A stretch of DNA of 64,000 nucleotides from an uncultured Alphaproteobacteria bacterium (GTDB taxonomy: Bacteria; Pseudomonadota; Alphaproteobacteria; Rs-D84): positions 1,623 to 65,622 of the forward strand of contig CALXMA010000001.1 of NCBI GenBank assembly GCA_944389345.1. Direction: 5' to 3'. The position numbers and the translations under genes are program-made. Positions 28,082 to 35,877 of the stretch are shown piece by piece (the stretch's first letter is position 1; each line of letters begins with the position of its first letter). The notes under the pieces are model-generated. The model ran no database searches. It had not been told where the DNA came from and saw nothing but the letters and a program-made list of their open reading frames with translations.

Positions 28082-28468
28082 ATGAGCATTATTAAAAAAA
28101 TCGAACAGGCCCAAGTCGAAAAATTAAAGGGCGATAAAAAAATCCCAGCGTTCAAGGCCGGTGATACTGTCAAAGTCCATGTGAAAATCAAGGATGGCGA
28201 TAAATTCCGTATCCAGGTGTTCGAAGGCGTTGTCATCGCACGCGATGGCGGGAATGGTAATAATGCCAGCTTTACAGTGCGTCGCGAATCATACGGCGTT
28301 GGTGTGGAACGTAAATTCCCGCTGTACAGCCCGGCGATTGAAAAAATCGAAAAAGTGCGCACCGGTAAGGTTCGTCGTGCAAAACTGTTCTTTTTGCGTG
28401 GTTTGTCCGGCAAAAAGGCACGTATTGTCGAAGATTTGTCTGCGAATGCAAACAAAGAAGACAAATAA
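28082..28468 (+). CDS. rplS: 50S ribosomal protein L19
   Basis: [34 protein letters not shown]...[22 protein letters not shown]. Confidence 0.95.
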   Translation: MSIIKKIEQAQVEKLKGDKKIPAFKAGDTVKVHVKIKDGDKFRIQVFEGVVIARDGGNGNNASFTVRRESYGVGVERKFPLYSPAIEKIEKVRTGKVRRAKLFFLRGLSGKKARIVEDLSANANKEDK

Positions 28469-28490
28469 TTTTAATTTGTTTTTGCACAAT

Positions 28491-28520
28491 AAAAAACCGC
28501 ACGTTTTGTGCGGTTTTTTG
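28491..28520 (+). terminator. intrinsic terminator ending the rpsP-rplS operon
   Basis: stem ccgcac/gtgcgg (28497-28502/28508-28513) followed by a T-run. Confidence 0.75.
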
Positions 28521-29045
28521 TTATCTGGAAAATATACGCGGTTGGGTTATGTATGGGTTAATTAACGGAACCGGTTTATAATTTGTTTGTTCCAGACAAA
28601 CGTTAATACACTGTTTATGTTCCGCAAAGTCATAGTCTTGGATGTGTATATGACCGTGGTAATTTACAATCGGTGGATTATTCCCGAATTCTGGTAATGG
28701 TTCGTGCGACAGTAAAATATAGTTTTTCGCGTCATAGATTGGGTGCGAAAAAACCTTGTCAAAACCGCATGATAACCACCAGGTTTCAGAATGATTACGA
28801 TCATGATTGCCCATAATCAAATATTTGCGACCGCGCATACGACTGAGAATATTAAATACCTTTTCTTTGGATGCGTCGTACATAACGTCGCCCAGCCAAT
28901 AACAAGTGTCTTGTTTTTTGACCGTCATATTATAGTTGTTTATGATTGTTTTGTTCATTTCGGCAACGCTGGTAAATGGGCGGTTGCCGTTAACAATAAT
29001 TTTTTCTGAATCAAAATGTGGATCTGAAAAGACATAGATAGCCAT
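28521..29045 (-). CDS. calcineurin-like metallophosphoesterase
   Basis: VFSDPHFD, WLGDVMYD, IMGNHDRNH, YHGHIHIQ metal-ligand motifs. Confidence 0.8.
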   Translation of the reverse strand: MAIYVFSDPHFDSEKIIVNGNRPFTSVAEMNKTIINNYNMTVKKQDTCYWLGDVMYDASKEKVFNILSRMRGRKYLIMGNHDRNHSETWWLSCGFDKVFSHPIYDAKNYILLSHEPLPEFGNNPPIVNYHGHIHIQDYDFAEHKQCINVCLEQTNYKPVPLINPYITQPRIFSR

Positions 29046-29064
29046 AATTTTACCCCCGTTCTGA

Positions 29065-29991
29065 TTACAATGTTTTTAACTGTGTTTTTAAGTTTTGCAA
29101 ATCGCGTACGATTGTTTGCCATTCTTCGCGAATACCCATAAATCTGTCCGTCATTTGATTATAATCCGTACCCAGTTTAGTCAAAGTTTCGTCGTCTGGC
29201 AACAATTGAACATCGCCCAGTGTCGGCAACGGTTCAATACGCTTCATAGTATATTTTGCCTGGTGGCGTTCTATGTCGCGCAACATCTGTTGTGTGGCGC
29301 CCAGGTTTACATATCTGGACAGTTTTGCCGTGTCATAATAATGACGTGAAAAGAACTGAGAGAAATGCGGACGTTCGGCCACGCTGTTAGAATGCAACGC
29401 GTATACTTTGTCCCAGAATGTCTGTTCATAGCGAACGGTACGAATGCCGTCAATCGGACATTCCAGCGCGTACGGCGAAATAGTTTTGTATTCTAATGAT
29501 GTGTCGGGATATTTGCGCGGTATTACTTCTATGCACAAATGCCCCAGGTTCGGGCTGAATTCCGATTTGTACATCAAGTGTAATGTTGGTGAACTCATGA
29601 ACTGTTCAATGTTCTTTAATTGACCCCAGTCATGGTCGGTCATAATCAAAAACTGTTGGTTTTTGTTTATGGTTTCGCCAATCTTTTGCTTTAATTCTGT
29701 AAACACATTGTGCTTAAAACCCTTTTTGAATTTATCCAGTTGCTTTCGCGAATGGTCGTCCGGAATGTCGTCAAATGTTTGGCATACCAAATCAATGTCT
29801 TGGCAAATACGATTGCTTAATTTGTATGCCTTGGACAAAGAACCACCGCCGGCGAAAACAAAGTTGTCGCCAATGTAATTACTGTTGAACAATTCTTGCA
29901 AAATCGCACATTCCAAGTAATCCTTTTCGGCAGAACATGGATCTTTGGCGTTGCGCAAGATGTTATAAGTTGATGTATTTATCTTTACCAT
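29065..29991 (-). CDS. AbiEii/AbiGii-like nucleotidyltransferase (DUF1814 toxin family)
   Basis: EKDYLECAILQELF...FVFAGGGSLSKAYKLSNRICQDIDLVC resembles the family signature GGTAL..y...R.S.DiD; ATG at 29991 (the track start at 30012 is a TTG). Confidence 0.65.
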   Translation of the reverse strand: MVKINTSTYNILRNAKDPCSAEKDYLECAILQELFNSNYIGDNFVFAGGGSLSKAYKLSNRICQDIDLVCQTFDDIPDDHSRKQLDKFKKGFKHNVFTELKQKIGETINKNQQFLIMTDHDWGQLKNIEQFMSSPTLHLMYKSEFSPNLGHLCIEVIPRKYPDTSLEYKTISPYALECPIDGIRTVRYEQTFWDKVYALHSNSVAERPHFSQFFSRHYYDTAKLSRYVNLGATQQMLRDIERHQAKYTMKRIEPLPTLGDVQLLPDDETLTKLGTDYNQMTDRFMGIREEWQTIVRDLQNLKTQLKTL

Positions 29992-30092
29992 GCTTTTATT
30001 ATATGTACACAAAAACTATTTGTCAATGTTTTTGATGCAAATTTTATTTAATGGTTTGACTTTATTTGTGGGTGTCTGTAAAATCATCAATT

Positions 30093-30494
30093 ATGATGTA
30101 CAGAAACGCGTTTTTATCTTTGATTTTTGGTTTTTTCGTGGTTGGGGGCGTAATCCCGCATGATGCCCGGGCGTACGTTGACCGCGACAGTGCGGTGGTT
30201 CGTATTATGGATAAAACCGCGGGCAAGGTTCAGACAATTACCCTGCCCGTGAATCAGGTGGCGAAATACGAAAAACTGGAAATGGTTGTGCGGTCGTGCA
30301 AGCAAACCGATCCGTTCGATGCAGAAGATTTCTTTATGTTTATAGAAATTTCTAAGTATGGCGAAGGCAAGATTTTTAGCGGTTGGATGAGTGCAAATGA
30401 ACCCGGTGATAATCCGTTGCAAAATGCGGACTATGACGTTTGGTTGGTGCGTTGTGTTCAATCGTCCGAATTGGAAACCAGCGAAAACAATTAA
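30093..30494 (+). CDS. DUF2155-like secreted protein (alphaproteobacterial)
   Basis: Signal peptide MMYRNAFLSLIFGFFVVGG; VRIMDKTAGKVQTITLPVNQ...LEMVVRSC...WMSANEPG...YDVWLVRC. Confidence 0.6.
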   Translation: MMYRNAFLSLIFGFFVVGGVIPHDARAYVDRDSAVVRIMDKTAGKVQTITLPVNQVAKYEKLEMVVRSCKQTDPFDAEDFFMFIEISKYGEGKIFSGWMSANEPGDNPLQNADYDVWLVRCVQSSELETSENN

Positions 30495-30516
30495 ATAACA
30501 ACAACGGAATTTTCAG

Positions 30517-30822
30517 ATGAAAGCATTAAAGAAATTATTGAAGTTGTTTATAGGAATTGCCGTACTGGTAATTGTAATTGTTGTGTTTTTCTTTGCAATG
30601 AAATCCAGTGATTTGGAAAACGGAAACCTGCGTCAATGGCGTGGGACCAATCTGGAAATGCGTACTGCGACGGTTCAGGTTTTGGTCGCGTCTGACAGTG
30701 ATTTAGAATTGTTGGTTCAGTGTGTGGACAAGATTGCAACCCTGCCCGATTCTGGGGAAATGGCGGTGCGCGATGCGGTGGCGTTGTGTTATACCGGAAT
30801 TCAAGTAAATCAAAACAACTGA
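30517..30822 (+). CDS. hypothetical membrane-anchored protein
   Basis: N-terminal TM LFIGIAVLVIVIVVFFFAM; no motif recognised. Confidence 0.45.
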   Translation: MKALKKLLKLFIGIAVLVIVIVVFFFAMKSSDLENGNLRQWRGTNLEMRTATVQVLVASDSDLELLVQCVDKIATLPDSGEMAVRDAVALCYTGIQVNQNN

Positions 30823-30826
30823 TGAT

Positions 30827-31519
30827 ATGCGGGTATTGATGGCGTTGATTTTTATTCTGGGCGGATGTGCGTGCGATGCAAACGACGCGTATATCGGCGC
30901 GGAATATCTGGGGGCGCCGTATTTGAATGACCCATTGGGCGAAGGCGTGCCACCCGATACAGATCCATTATTTCGTGGTGATGCGTTTGATTGTGTAACG
31001 TTTGTGGAAACCGTACTGGCCGGGGGAGATGCGGGTAAATTGGTTCAAATTCGTTATCGCGATGGTGATGTTGATTTTGTAAACCGTAATCATTTTATGG
31101 AAACAGATTGGCTGGGGAATAATTCTGATTTGGTTGAAAATGTCAGCAAACTGTACGGCAAGACCGCGTTGCGTCATATTGTGATAGATAAACAAAATTG
31201 GTTTCGTGCGGTACATAACATAGACGTTAATGTCCCTGTACAGGTGATGGATTTGGAATATATACCGTACGAAAATCTGGGGCCTATTTATCCATCTGAA
31301 CCGATGATTGTGTTATTTATTTCTGGACAAGACAAAAAAAGTGATAAAATAGGTACGGATTTGGCGGTTCGCCATGTTGGTTTTCTGTTGCCGAACGGCA
31401 TGTTGCGACATGCGTCGTCGGCGAATGGTCGCGTTATGGATACAGACTTTTATAAATATGCAATGGCGCGCGCAGAAAATCCGTCTAACCTGGGGATAGT
31501 GGTGGTGCAAATAAAATGA
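30827..31519 (+). CDS. lipoprotein, DUF1460/amidase-like (putative cysteine hydrolase fold)
   Basis: MRVLMALIFILGGCA lipobox; DAFDCVTFVETVLA motif. Confidence 0.5.
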   Translation: MRVLMALIFILGGCACDANDAYIGAEYLGAPYLNDPLGEGVPPDTDPLFRGDAFDCVTFVETVLAGGDAGKLVQIRYRDGDVDFVNRNHFMETDWLGNNSDLVENVSKLYGKTALRHIVIDKQNWFRAVHNIDVNVPVQVMDLEYIPYENLGPIYPSEPMIVLFISGQDKKSDKIGTDLAVRHVGFLLPNGMLRHASSANGRVMDTDFYKYAMARAENPSNLGIVVVQIK

Positions 31520-32640
31520 ATGACGACAAATTAATTCGTATGGATATGGGCGGAATGCGCGGTGATGCACATGGTGGCAATCGCCCAATATTGTGTTTGG
31601 GGATTGAATCTTCGTGTGATGAAACCAGTGCGGCAATTGTGGATTCTGACAGAAATATTTTATCGCATATAATCTATTCCCAAATTCCAGAACATCAAAA
31701 GTATGGCGGTGTTGTGCCAGAACTGGCGGCGCGTGCGCATATATTGGCGATTGATGAAGTTATTGAACAAACATTGGCCAAGGCCGGTAAAAAGATTTCT
31801 GACATAGATGTTATTGCCGCCACCGCGGGACCCGGTTTAATTGGTGGTGTTTTAATTGGTTGGATGGTGGCGACGGGAATTGCGCAATCATTGGGAAAAC
31901 CATTGGTCGCGGTTAATCATTTAGAAGGCCATGCGTTGGTCCCGCGCCTGCATGCGACGTCTGCCAGTGGTGCAGATGGTGCGTTAAGTGTTGATTTTCC
32001 GTATTTGTTAATGCTGGCATCGGGCGGACATTGTCAGATATTGTTAGTTCGTGGTGTTGGCCAGTACGAGATGATTGGTCAAACACTGGACGACAGTGCG
32101 GGCGAAGCATTTGATAAAATTGCCAAGATGTTGGGATTGGGATATCCGGGTGGTCCGATTGTGGATAAACGTGCGTCCATGGGAAATCCGAATGCGTTTC
32201 ATTTCCCGCGCCCGTTGTGTGATAAACCCGGTTGTGATTTTTCGTTCAGTGGTATTAAAACGGCCGGGCGGACGTTCTTGTCGCATGTAACGCCACCGTA
32301 TTCAGATGAATTTATAAATGATTTCTGTGCGTCTTTCCAGGTGGCGGTTGTTGATTGTATTATAAACCGTTTAGAGCATGCATTAGCCGATGCGCGTGTT
32401 ATTGATGTAAATCCAAAGACACTGGTGGTGGCCGGTGGTGTTGCCAAGAACAGCGCCATACGCAGTGCAATGGAAAAATTAGCGGAACGTCATGGGATTG
32501 TCTTTGCGGCGCCACCGATGAATTTGTGTACAGACAATGGTGCGATGATTGCATGGGCGGGAATTGAAAACTATCGTTTGGGACACGTTGTACATTCGCC
32601 TGTGGCACCGCGTCCACGTTGGCCTTTGACAGAGTTATAA
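31516..32640 (+). CDS. tsaD: tRNA N6-adenosine threonylcarbamoyltransferase
   Basis: ILCLGIESSCDETSAAIV, GGVVPELAARAH, VNHLEGHAL, GGVAKNSAIR; the true start may be an internal Met. Confidence 0.93.
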   Translation: MNDDKLIRMDMGGMRGDAHGGNRPILCLGIESSCDETSAAIVDSDRNILSHIIYSQIPEHQKYGGVVPELAARAHILAIDEVIEQTLAKAGKKISDIDVIAATAGPGLIGGVLIGWMVATGIAQSLGKPLVAVNHLEGHALVPRLHATSASGADGALSVDFPYLLMLASGGHCQILLVRGVGQYEMIGQTLDDSAGEAFDKIAKMLGLGYPGGPIVDKRASMGNPNAFHFPRPLCDKPGCDFSFSGIKTAGRTFLSHVTPPYSDEFINDFCASFQVAVVDCIINRLEHALADARVIDVNPKTLVVAGGVAKNSAIRSAMEKLAERHGIVFAAPPMNLCTDNGAMIAWAGIENYRLGHVVHSPVAPRPRWPLTEL

Positions 32641-32642
32641 AG

Positions 32643-33188
32643 ATGCCGAATAAATACGAAATCGCAACACAAAGATTAATTCAGCAAATTCAAAATCTGA
32701 ATTTGCCGGCGGAATTTCATGCGCGATATGATATGGTCCAGACCGTGCGCGATTTTCGTCGTGCATTTTCAGACCCGATGGTGCGTGATGGAATTTTGTT
32801 GCCAAAATACGAACAGGCCAGAATGGCCCAAGAACGCTATTCTGCGGGATTTTGCGGTATTGCCAGTTATACGTGGAATCATCTGTTCCGTATGCCGAAT
32901 GGCGACGAGATTTGGCGTCTGAAACAGTACAGAAATTCTGAAAACACCGGGTACAATCATGTTTGGTTGGAAAATGTTTATGATGGGGAAATACTGGATT
33001 TAACATACGACCAATTCGGCGATGTTGGCGTGTTCCCGTACGACAAGTTGGGCGGGAAATTCGTGGACAGTAATTTTGAATTTCGTCGCGCATACACATT
33101 CGCAGAACGTGCGGGATTTGGCGATTTAAGCCAGATTGTATTCGAAAATATGTTGCATAAACTGGCGCAGTATGTGCCACGCAGATAA
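32643..33188 (+). CDS. hypothetical protein with a transglutaminase/papain-like Cys-His-Asp pattern (paralog A)
   Basis: GFCGIASYTWNHLF...(36 aa)...YNHVWLENVYDGEILDLTYDQF. Confidence 0.5.
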   Translation: MPNKYEIATQRLIQQIQNLNLPAEFHARYDMVQTVRDFRRAFSDPMVRDGILLPKYEQARMAQERYSAGFCGIASYTWNHLFRMPNGDEIWRLKQYRNSENTGYNHVWLENVYDGEILDLTYDQFGDVGVFPYDKLGGKFVDSNFEFRRAYTFAERAGFGDLSQIVFENMLHKLAQYVPRR

Positions 33189-33227
33189 ACTTGTTTTTAA
33201 TCGTAAATATGCTATAATTCGTCTGCT

Positions 33228-33740
33228 ATGGATGAATATATAAAAAAGTATGATTTGGCCACTAAACGTGTGCTGGAAAATGCCCAGAAAATAGATTCTG
33301 TGGCGTTGCAACATATTGATACGCAATACACTTTGTATGATATCGCGAATGTTTTGCGTGATAAATTCAAAGACCACTTGTTCCGCGACAGGTATGTTGG
33401 CGATATGCAGTTTATGGGTTTTGTCCCGTATGCCAAGGGTTTTTGTGCCCTGTCCACGATTTGCATATATAATCTGTATGGTGGTGCCGATTTGTGGACA
33501 CCGTCCGCGATTAAGTTAGGCGCATGGGAATATGCACCCGTGGTGTTTTTACGTGATAATATTCTGGATCAACCGTTTGATACAACCGGCGACCAATTTG
33601 CGCCATTGCGCGTGCCGTACGAATTGGGGACGCCTATTAACAAGCGGGTACAAGATATGAAAACACCCAATAAAGAAAAGTTTATGGCGGAAATCAAAAA
33701 AGAATTAGACAGACGTCAGGTGTTAAAGTCCAATGATTGA
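33228..33740 (+). CDS. hypothetical protein, paralog B of the 32643 gene (the His position is not conserved)
   Basis: Shared blocks YDLATKRV/YEIATQRL, GFCALS/GFCGIA, FDTTGDQF/LDLTYDQF. Confidence 0.5.
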   Translation: MDEYIKKYDLATKRVLENAQKIDSVALQHIDTQYTLYDIANVLRDKFKDHLFRDRYVGDMQFMGFVPYAKGFCALSTICIYNLYGGADLWTPSAIKLGAWEYAPVVFLRDNILDQPFDTTGDQFAPLRVPYELGTPINKRVQDMKTPNKEKFMAEIKKELDRRQVLKSND

Positions 33741-34968
33741 AAAACCACAACCTTTTGTACAGGCAGATACAGTTTATAGTGTGTCTGATGCGTCGTCGTT
33801 GTTAAAGACGGTTGTCGAAACCGCGTTCCCGCGTATTCGTGTGCGTGGCGAACTGTCCCAGATTACACGTGCGTCATCGGGACATATTTATATGACTATC
33901 AAGGATGCAAATTCCGCGATTTCGGCAATTATATGGCGGTCTACGCCGGTGCCGTTTAAGTTAGAAGACGGGTTAGAGGTTATTATTACCGGACGTTTTA
34001 CCACGTATCCCGCACGCAGTAATTATCAGATTATTGTCAGCGAAATCGAAATGGCGGGGGCCGGTGCAATCTTGAAAATGCTGGAAGAGCGCAAGCGTAA
34101 ACTGGCGGCCGAAGGTTTGTTTGACCAGGCGCGGAAAAAGCCCCTGCCCCGGTTCCCACAGACGATTGGTATTGTGTCCAGTCCGACCGGGGCCGCGTTT
34201 CAAGATATTCAAAATCGTTTGCGCGAACGATTCCCTGTGCACGTTATTTTGTATCCTGCCACGGTCCAAGGCGCAACCGCGGCCACGGAAATTACCGCGG
34301 GTGTTGAATATTTTAATCGTGCAAAAAATGTCGATGTTATTATTGTCGCACGCGGTGGTGGTGCGTTGGAAGATTTGTTGCCTTTTTCCGAAGAATGCGT
34401 TGTGCGTGCCGTCGCGGCCAGTGAAATTCCCGTCGTGTCCGGGGTTGGACATGAGCCCGATTGGATGCTGATTGATTTTGCGGCGGATGTACGTGCGCCA
34501 ACACCAACCGGGGCGGCGGAAATTGTTGTCCCGACCAAGTTGTCTTTGGTCCAGGAATTGGATAACCTGTGGCACAGAATGTCTGGGATGTTTGCAACGC
34601 GTTTGGCCAATGCGCGGGCGCGTATGGATTCGATTGTTATTAAAAATCCAACACAGTTGCTGATGGAACGCGAACAACGTCTGGATGATTTGGGGCGCAC
34701 GTTGGGTATTTTGATTAACGCAAAAATAACTGATGCAACGCGTAAAATGGAAATTATATCCACGTTTCCAAACATATTACAAAATAAAATGACGTCGCTG
34801 AATCAGGCGATTGTGCATATTGGTCAAATGTTGGGTTCTTTGGGTTATAAAAGTGTTTTGCAACGCGGGTATGCAATTGTTCGCAACGACAAAAATCAAA
34901 TAATCAGTCGGGCCGATGGTGGACGACCCGCGTCAATAGAATTTGCAGACGGTGTTGTGCAAATTTAA
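33733..34968 (+). CDS. xseA: exodeoxyribonuclease VII large subunit
   Basis: VRGELSQITRASSGHIYMTIKD OB-fold, IGIVSSPTGAAFQDI, ARGGGALEDLLPF. Confidence 0.93.
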   Translation: MIEKPQPFVQADTVYSVSDASSLLKTVVETAFPRIRVRGELSQITRASSGHIYMTIKDANSAISAIIWRSTPVPFKLEDGLEVIITGRFTTYPARSNYQIIVSEIEMAGAGAILKMLEERKRKLAAEGLFDQARKKPLPRFPQTIGIVSSPTGAAFQDIQNRLRERFPVHVILYPATVQGATAATEITAGVEYFNRAKNVDVIIVARGGGALEDLLPFSEECVVRAVAASEIPVVSGVGHEPDWMLIDFAADVRAPTPTGAAEIVVPTKLSLVQELDNLWHRMSGMFATRLANARARMDSIVIKNPTQLLMEREQRLDDLGRTLGILINAKITDATRKMEIISTFPNILQNKMTSLNQAIVHIGQMLGSLGYKSVLQRGYAIVRNDKNQIISRADGGRPASIEFADGVVQI

Positions 34969-34973
34969 TAAAC

Positions 34974-35293
34974 TTGCTTTTCTTGTGGTACTAAATTATA
35001 CTGTTTTGTGAATCCAAATGGATATTGGGTTCGGGGTCGTCAAAAAGCCCTTAATCAAAGCAATGTCGCAAGGCATTGAATACTATCCGCTGTACGAAAA
35101 TACGTGGCGCGGTTTGCGCCGTTTGTGTTTTTGTATACCCCGATTTATAGGTCGGGGGGCCGTCGGTTATACCACAGGATTTTATCCAAAGACCGATGGG
35201 ATCATTTCTTTGATTATGATTTTTTGACCTCCCCGGCCGCCAATATTTTGTTGGCGGTTTTTGCTTTTAACAAAAATGCAAAGGGGGAAAATA
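34974..35293 (+). promoter_or_regulatory. divergent copy of the structured leader (promoter TTGCTT-N17-TATACT, helices, terminator 35237-35262, RBS)
   Basis: Same architecture as copy 1: hairpin ggcgc-ggttt-gcgcc (35106-35120), A ccccga 35138-35143, B tcgggggg 35152-35159, C cctcccc 35228-35234, terminator ccgccaa/ttggcgg plus T-run. Confidence 0.5.
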
Positions 35294-35851
35294 ATGAAAA
35301 TCAAAATCAGCGCACTGGCGTTGTTGGTGATTGCAACAATGCCAGATGTCGCACTGGGCAGGTGTGCTCCAATATATTTGCTACCTGGCGAAACCTGTGT
35401 AAGTGCCGGCGGTGTTATATGCGGGGACGGTTCGTGTTATAAGTGTTGCGATGCGGGTAACGAACCGGGTTTGCCAATTTGTGGTACTGGGGTGTATACT
35501 ACAACCACGGAAAGTTTTTCTGATTACAAAGGCAGTGGCACAAAAACGTATAGAAAATATAAAATTGAATGTAGGTGCCCAGACGGCAGTATATCAAAAT
35601 GTTGGCAAAGCACCACATATACATCATGCAATGCCGGGTATTATAAAAGTGGCGGATCGTGTAATGCGTGTCAAAAAGGAACGTATAAATCGTCCGCCGG
35701 GACCGCGACATCTTGTACGTCGTGCACGTCGCCCGGCACGACCGCGTCAACCGGTTCAACCAGTTCATCGGACTGTTATATTCCGTCGGGGACAACCGGT
35801 TCAGACAGCACAGGCACGTATAAATATACGTCAAATTGTTATTGGAAATAA
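35294..35851 (+). CDS. secreted Cys-rich protein, family member 2
   Basis: Signal peptide MKIKISALALLVIATMPDVALG; C..C..G.Y repeats; C-terminus CTSCTSPGTTASTGSTSSSDCYIPSGTTGSDSTGTYKYTSNCYWK. Confidence 0.8.
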   Translation: MKIKISALALLVIATMPDVALGRCAPIYLLPGETCVSAGGVICGDGSCYKCCDAGNEPGLPICGTGVYTTTTESFSDYKGSGTKTYRKYKIECRCPDGSISKCWQSTTYTSCNAGYYKSGGSCNACQKGTYKSSAGTATSCTSCTSPGTTASTGSTSSSDCYIPSGTTGSDSTGTYKYTSNCYWK

Positions 35852-35877
35852 CAAAACCGCCAAATGGCGGTTTTCTT

